Of a stretch of DNA of 64,000 nt, positions 58,449 through 64,000 are shown in pieces. Origin of the DNA: Azolla caroliniana (taxonomy: Eukaryota; Plantae; Polypodiophyta); the NCBI GenBank assembly GCA_043228905.1, contig JBHGNT010000022.1, forward strand, positions 10,664,001-10,728,000, given 5' to 3'. The first letter of the stretch is position 1; every line of letters begins with the position of its first letter. The notes under the pieces were generated by a model. That model saw only the letters and a program-made list of their open reading frames with translations. It was not told the DNA's origin and searched no databases. The position numbers were made by a program, and so were the translations under genes.

Positions 58449-61418
58449 TCATTGTTCACCCAAATTGTCCAAAATACTTTGTTCCAGAGTTTCCACTTGT
58501 TCTTCCGGTTGTGGTTGCTGCGGCTGTGCTTGCTGCTGCTGCTGTGGTTGCGGTTGGGACTGAGGCTGCTCCGGCTGCTCCATAGGCGGCTGCTCCGTTT
58601 GTTTCTCTGACTCCGGCATCTCCGTCTGACTGCTTCCGGTCCGGTCTCCTTCCAGTAACGGTTCCTCATCACTGAGGTTGACCGTAACCGGTTCTTGTGC
58701 TTTCTCTTCCCGGATCCGGGACCTCTCGTAGCTTTCAAACTGGATCTGCGCCTCCAGCCTGTCGTCGTCCAGCTGAGCTACAAGTTGCCGGACTTGCCCT
58801 AGTTGGTCCTCTGCCAAGGCTTGAAAGTCTTCGGCCAGCTCATCTCTTATGCCGGTGAAGTCTTCGGAAGTCAGCATATAGCAATCATCTCCCTCCTTCC
58901 GCCGGTTCTCCACGTCGGCCCGCAACAATTGGAGTTCCGCCGCGTTCGTGGCCCACTTGGTCCACCATTTGACGGAACCGTTGTCAATCAAGCTCTTGGT
59001 CTGGTTCAACCAGGCCCGCATGATATCCTGGATGCGACTTGCTCCCATTTGCGCTCTACTTTCCACAACTTGTCGTTCCTCCTTCAACTGCTTGATGAGA
59101 TTAGCCGTATCCTCCGCCTGCTCTCTGTAGCGCGTCAGCTGCCCTTGATATGTTTTTTGCAGCCTCTGTAGTACCTCCGTCGCTCTTTCTTTTTCCGCCT
59201 GCTGTTGCCTGAGGAGCTCTGTCTGAACCTTCTCCGCCTCTTCCAACTGTCTTCTGGTTTCCGCTTGTTCATTAGCGTATGCCGTTGCGGTCTGATCAAC
59301 TGCTTGCCGGAGCTCATCCGTCCGTTCCTTGTGCTCCGTTTGCAACCGTTTATACTCCCGGTGCCAGTGCTCAAATTCCTCCGTTTTTTGTTTGAGCTTG
59401 CCGTTGATCTGGCGATGGTTCTGGTCCTCCCGGTCCTTTAGCTGCCGGAGTTCCTCTTTTAGGCGCTCTACTTCTGTTTCGGCGTTTCTCCGGAGCCTGT
59501 CCTTCTCTTGCAGCATTTTCTCCTTCTCCTTCTTGAGCCGGTCGTACGCTTGGTGGCCTTTTCGTAAGCTCTCCTCGGCCCGGCGTAGATTCTCAGCAGT
59601 CTTTTTAAGTTCTGCCTCCGCTGCCGTCTTCAACTCTCTTTCGCGGCTCTTCAGCGCTTCTTGGGCAGCTAGCTCATCCTTTAAGTCCGCAAGCTCTTGG
59701 GCTTGTGCCGCATTTCTCTCCGGAACGGTTTCCGTTGCCGGGGTCTGATTGCTATGTACAGGTTGATCTGACGCTTTATTCTGTACATTGCCCGGAGTCA
59801 CCGGTGCTTGGACTTGTGTTGTCAAAGCCAATTGAGCCATTTCCCTTGTGACCCTGTCCAAGTCTTGTTCAAGGCTCCGGATTCTGGACCGGGCCGTCTC
59901 TAGATCTACGGTTGTGACGAGCAACCGTTCGTGGTGCGCTCTCTCTTCCGCCTCTATGTACTCGACCGCTCCGGCGATCTGCTCGCCTACCCACCGTAGC
60001 CACATGCTACTGGTGCCTTGCTGCTGTACTGGTCGGGTCGGCTCGTTCACTGTGGAATTGTCTGGCCTGAGTGCCTGTATCTGCCGTTCTGGTTCTACTC
60101 CTTGGCCGCTGTGTGTGCTGGCTGGGCTCGCCGGCTGTTGAGTTCCGGTTCTCGCCGTCTCCGGAGCCGTTGGAATGACTTCTGGTATAGAAGTCGACAA
60201 GGCCGGTTCTACACGCACCGGTTCCGGTTCCTCCCTTGTGGTTTGCTCAGGTTGCGTTGGGGGCGTTTCTTCCTTTTGCGGGTCCGAACGCTCCCCCGCT
60301 GTCCCGGCGGTCCTACTTCTTGACCGTCGTTGGAGGTGCTCTTCTGGCTCCTCCGTTTCCTCTTCCTGGGTAACGGCATGTTTCTGTGCCGTCAAGGGTT
60401 CCGGTTCCTTCTGTCCCGGTCGCCGTATGGTTATCTTAACGGGTCCCACCGGTGACACGTCCTCCGGTTCTGGGAGCCGTTTCTTCCCTTTCGTCGCCTT
60501 CGACGCCAGCAGCTGCTGTCCTTTGGACGCGGGTTTCGAAGTGCTTCCTTCCGATAATCTTGGCCGCTTCTTTGGCTGAACGGTCTCGACCGGCGGCACG
60601 AGCAATGTTATCCACTGAGCTACAGCATGCCACAGCTTCCGGCCCTCCTTGCCGTCCTTCCCTCGTACCATGTCGATTGCCGCGCACAAACCGTCTGCAA
60701 TCAACACCGGCCAGTCCACCTTGATCCCTTCATAGGTGGCTATGATCATCCCTGCCCGATTTTTTGGCATGACAGGGGGTCGGGGGTACACGTGGCCGTA
60801 CTCATGGAGCACTCGAGCTATCTCCCTGAATAGCGGATCTTCGCCGCCCTGCGTTCGATAGCCTTTGCCGGCTAGAGAGTACTCACCGAAATATCGGATG
60901 AGTTGCTCCGAGGTTGGGTTATCGATCTGAAAAATACCTCCCTCCGGAAGGCCTGTTAGCGCACGGATCGCTTCCTCGGTGATGACTTCCGTGTCGAGCT
61001 CCTTGATGACCCGGTCGGCTTCTTTGTGCGGTGGTGCCTCCATGATGGTCAAGAACCCATCCAATCCGTGTTGCCTGAGCCATTTCCTGGCCGCTTCCGA
61101 CAGCGTTTGTGGTTCCATGTCTGCTTCGAGGTCGAGGAAAGATGGCGAGGTAGAGTGGTGATGAGAGTGAGAGCGAGAGAGAGAGTGTTCCGAACGTGGG
61201 GGTTCTCTGAGTGCAGGTTCGCGTTTGCTAAGCTTCCACTGCCTTGGTGCTTCTGTGCTTCTTGGCTCGCGAAAAAAAAAGGTCTCCATGCGTTCTTCTT
61301 TTTCTCTGTGCGTCTTGGCGCCTTTTTCGAGCATGCGCACGTCGTGTACCAATTTAGTATTAAGTAATGTGGCGGCTCTTAAATGCCCACTACGTACCTT
61401 TTCGCTCCTTGCTTTCAC
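58449..61418 (-). CDS. Extra 3' ORF of the Gypsy element (likely start ATG 61118, MEPQTL.., about 889 aa): globular N-terminus, Pro/Glu-rich linker, long coiled coil
   Basis: Uninterrupted 989-codon frame in the sense of pol. N-terminal ITEEAIRALTGLPEGG..GIKVDW recalls plant-transposon-protein domains of Athila/Tat extra ORFs. No hydrophobic TM segment. Confidence 0.8.
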   Translation of the reverse strand: MKARSEKVRSGHLRAATLLNTKLVHDVRMLEKGAKTHREKEERMETFFFREPRSTEAPRQWKLSKREPALREPPRSEHSLSRSHSHHHSTSPSFLDLEADMEPQTLSEAARKWLRQHGLDGFLTIMEAPPHKEADRVIKELDTEVITEEAIRALTGLPEGGIFQIDNPTSEQLIRYFGEYSLAGKGYRTQGGEDPLFREIARVLHEYGHVYPRPPVMPKNRAGMIIATYEGIKVDWPVLIADGLCAAIDMVRGKDGKEGRKLWHAVAQWITLLVPPVETVQPKKRPRLSEGSTSKPASKGQQLLASKATKGKKRLPEPEDVSPVGPVKITIRRPGQKEPEPLTAQKHAVTQEEETEEPEEHLQRRSRSRTAGTAGERSDPQKEETPPTQPEQTTREEPEPVRVEPALSTSIPEVIPTAPETARTGTQQPASPASTHSGQGVEPERQIQALRPDNSTVNEPTRPVQQQGTSSMWLRWVGEQIAGAVEYIEAEERAHHERLLVTTVDLETARSRIRSLEQDLDRVTREMAQLALTTQVQAPVTPGNVQNKASDQPVHSNQTPATETVPERNAAQAQELADLKDELAAQEALKSRERELKTAAEAELKKTAENLRRAEESLRKGHQAYDRLKKEKEKMLQEKDRLRRNAETEVERLKEELRQLKDREDQNHRQINGKLKQKTEEFEHWHREYKRLQTEHKERTDELRQAVDQTATAYANEQAETRRQLEEAEKVQTELLRQQQAEKERATEVLQRLQKTYQGQLTRYREQAEDTANLIKQLKEERQVVESRAQMGASRIQDIMRAWLNQTKSLIDNGSVKWWTKWATNAAELQLLRADVENRRKEGDDCYMLTSEDFTGIRDELAEDFQALAEDQLGQVRQLVAQLDDDRLEAQIQFESYERSRIREEKAQEPVTVNLSDEEPLLEGDRTGSSQTEMPESEKQTEQPPMEQPEQPQSQPQPQQQQQAQPQQPQPEEQVETLEQSILDNLGEQ

Positions 61419-61505
61419 GTCCGTTCATACCTCGATTTTTAATGATTTCTTTTTCTTTTCTTTTTTTCTTTTCTTTTTTTCTCTTTTTAATGACGGTATG
61501 TGATC

Positions 61506-63997
61506 TTACACATCCGTAGGTCCCTTCGGACCCTTACCGTTTTCCTTACGGGTTGCCGTGTCTTCCTTCGCCTCTGCTACGGGTTCCCCGTCGTCTTTTT
61601 CTTCCATCCGTACCATTCCCGGACAGGTTCCCAGTATAGTGCCGGTGGGCTGCATAAACGGGTTACTTGGCATCGGTACTTTATAGGGCTTTAGTCTAAA
61701 TCCGTTGACCCACTTGCCTAGCACTTCACCGGCAAGTGTCCCTAACTGATAGGACCCGTTGTATTCCCGTGTCAGCCAATACGGCCCTGTCCATCTAAAC
61801 CGGAGTTTACCCGGCATCTTGCCCATCCTCGTTTGGAATACTAGCACCGGCTTTCCGATTTCGAACATCTTCTCATTACCTTTCCGGTGACGGTCAACGA
61901 ACGCTTTCCGTCGTCGTTGCTCCAGTTCCATGTGTAGGATGCTGGCCAGCCGTTGCTCCTCCAGTTCGCATAGTGCTACTAGCCGCATTTCCTCCGACTC
62001 CTTTTCATTCAGCCGTTCCCGTAGTTGGATCCGTAAGCTTGGTACCTGAAATTCCACCGGCATGACCGCCTCTAAGCCGAACGCTAACCGGAACGGCCGG
62101 CAAGGAGTCCAAAATACGGAGTGAAGGAATTAATTAAGTATGGTTGTAAATAAGCATAGTGTGGACGGACGGACTGGAAACGGTATGCCGTTCGGTACGC
62201 CCATAGCGCGCTATGGAGCTTTGTATCCCAGTCCGTCTGGTTTTCATTGACGATTTTGCGGAGAATGTTCTGCAGCGTTTTGTTGGTGGACTCTGCTAAC
62301 CCGTTCGCTTGTGGGTAGTACGGTGTGCTCCGTTTATGGACCACGGCATAGAACGTTGTTAAGCTTTCAACTACCTGGCCGAGGAAGTGCCCTCCTTGGT
62401 CGTTGATTAATTCAATCGGACATCCATATCGGCACCAAATGTTTTCGTACAGGAATTTTGCTGTGGATGACACGGTGTTGTCTCTCAAGGCCTTAGCCTC
62501 CACCCATTTAGTGCAATAATCTGTTGCCACGATGACATAACGATTACCCGTTCTCATTGCCGGTGGCTTGAACGGTCTGACAAAATCCAACCCCCACTTC
62601 TGGAATGGCTCTAGTGGAAGTACCGGTTGGTGTGGCATCCGTGCTTGCTCCGTAGGCTGGCCCATTCGTTGGCATAGGTCACATTCCTTAGCATACTTGA
62701 CGGCGTCTTTTAACGTCGTGGGCCACCATAAGCCGCTCTGCCATACTTTCCTTGCCGTCGCTTCCCCGGCATAGTGTCCTCCGGCAACCCCACAGTGTGC
62801 TTCCCGTAAGATTACTTGTTTCTCGTCACTACGGACTGCCCGTCTCCATATTCCATCTGCTCCCTTGTGGTAGAGAGTGTCCCGTAACAGACAGAAATTG
62901 CGGCTCTGCACCGCCAGTCGTTTCCTCTCGTCCCGGTTCATTTCCTCTGGTGGCAGGCCCGTGCTTAGGAACTGGTGCATGTTTGTCAGCCACCTATCTT
63001 CTGATGCCACCGTGTCGTCCGCTGCCGTTTCCGGGGTGATACGGAATAACTCTGCGTCCGGGAATTCATCCGATACTCCGTCGCCTGATTCTCCGGACTC
63101 TAACCGGCTCAGGTAGTCTGCTACGGCATGCTGGATACCGGGCCGGTGGAAGATCTCGAATTCGAACTCCTGCAACAGCAAGGTCCAACGGGCCAACTTA
63201 CCGGTCAGGGACGCCTTGGACACTAAGTACAGGAGCGCCGAGTGATCCACATGAAAGGAGAACTTCCTTCCCAATAGGTAATGACGAAACTTTGTGATAC
63301 TGTAGATCATGCCCAGGGCCTCCCGTTCCGTAGTCGAATAGTTCTTCTCCGCTTGGGACAGCTTCCGGCTGGCGTAATATACCGGCCGGTACCATTTGGG
63401 CTCCGTAAGTTGCATTAAGGCGCTGCCGATAGCGATGTCGGAAGCATCAACGAACACATGAAATTCCTTGCTCCAATCCGGAGGCTGCACGACGGGTGCT
63501 TGCGACAAAAGTACCTTCAGGGCATTGTATGCCTTATCCTCCGTATCCGTCCATTGGAACGGTGTCCGATGTACCGCGGTGTGTAATGGTGTAGCCAAGT
63601 CAGCCAAGTGACGGAGCATCCGGCTGTGCCACCGGATCTGTCCTAAGAATCGGCTTAGTGCTTTGGCCGTTTTCGGCGCCGGTGCCCCTAGTATCGCGTT
63701 TACTTTGTCCGGGTCGACCGCAATGCCCTCCTTACTTACAATGTGTCCCAGTAAGATTCCACTTGACACCCCAAAGGTGCATTTTGCTGGGTTTAAGCTT
63801 AGCCGGTATAACCTACACTTTTCAAGGCATAACCGTAGGTGCTGCAAATGGTCTTTTTCCCGGCTATAGACTGCAAAGTCATCCAGGAAAACCTGCATGA
63901 AGGCTGGAATGTATTCGTCGAAGATCTCCATGATGATTTGCTGGAAAGTTGCTGGTGCCGTTTTTAGTCCGAACATCATTACTACGGCCACAAACAC
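61506..63997 (-). pseudogene. Gypsy pol (RT C-terminus, RNase H, integrase), frameshifted by an inverted LTR patch
   Basis: Motifs FLDDF, VDASD, NYSTTEREAL, H..GGHY..CDLCQ, WGLDFV, YYPQANGLAE, ALWAYRTAY|..|PFRLAFGLEAVMPVEF, RWTGPY. Confidence 0.92.
62094..62193 (+). repeat. 100-bp inverted copy of the element's own LTR (58291-58390)
   Basis: Reverse complement of 58291-58390; I count one mismatch. Confidence 0.92.
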
Positions 63998-64000
63998 CCC

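Larger units (their letters stand above)
58015..64000 (-). mobile_element. Non-chromovirus Gypsy element (Athila/Tat-related) with an extra 3' ORF; continues beyond the window
   Basis: 3' LTR 58015-58396 (TG...CA). Pol order RT-RH-INT. A long sense ORF lies between INT and the LTR. Confidence 0.88.

Overview
Eukaryotic, TE-saturated land-plant DNA, probably from a non-seed plant (inferred from a self-priming Tcn1/Tf1-type chromovirus and an RTEX-like LINE). I see no intact host gene. The only host-derived sequences are a pseudogenised LRR receptor-like kinase (about 18.8-20.9 kb, minus strand) and gene fragments carried inside TEs. The rest is nested insertions, several with recoverable target-site duplications (TSDs). 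(1) An L1 LINE is split by a Copia element (TSD TTAAT), whose gag is split by a 7.3-kb TIR element (8-bp TSD CTTCTTCC, termini CCCGGGGGCTYCACT). (2) A 12.3-kb unit at 21116-33412 has TG...CA ends and a 5-bp TSD (ATGAG) like an LTR retrotransposon, but its ~1.25-kb terminal repeats are INVERTED. It carries host gene fragments, and its arms were later split by a LINE and a full-length Copia. This is the best candidate for an undescribed system: a Pack-type element moved by an integrase-like enzyme. (3) Degenerate and chimeric Copia elements, with signs of recombination between two Copia lineages. (4) A full-length chromovirus with a self-priming PBS and a -1 frameshift signal. (5) Several Gypsy remnants, one with an intact ~900-aa extra ORF and an inverted LTR patch inside its integrase. 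All coordinates were read by eye. Family assignments rest on motif recognition, not on database searches.
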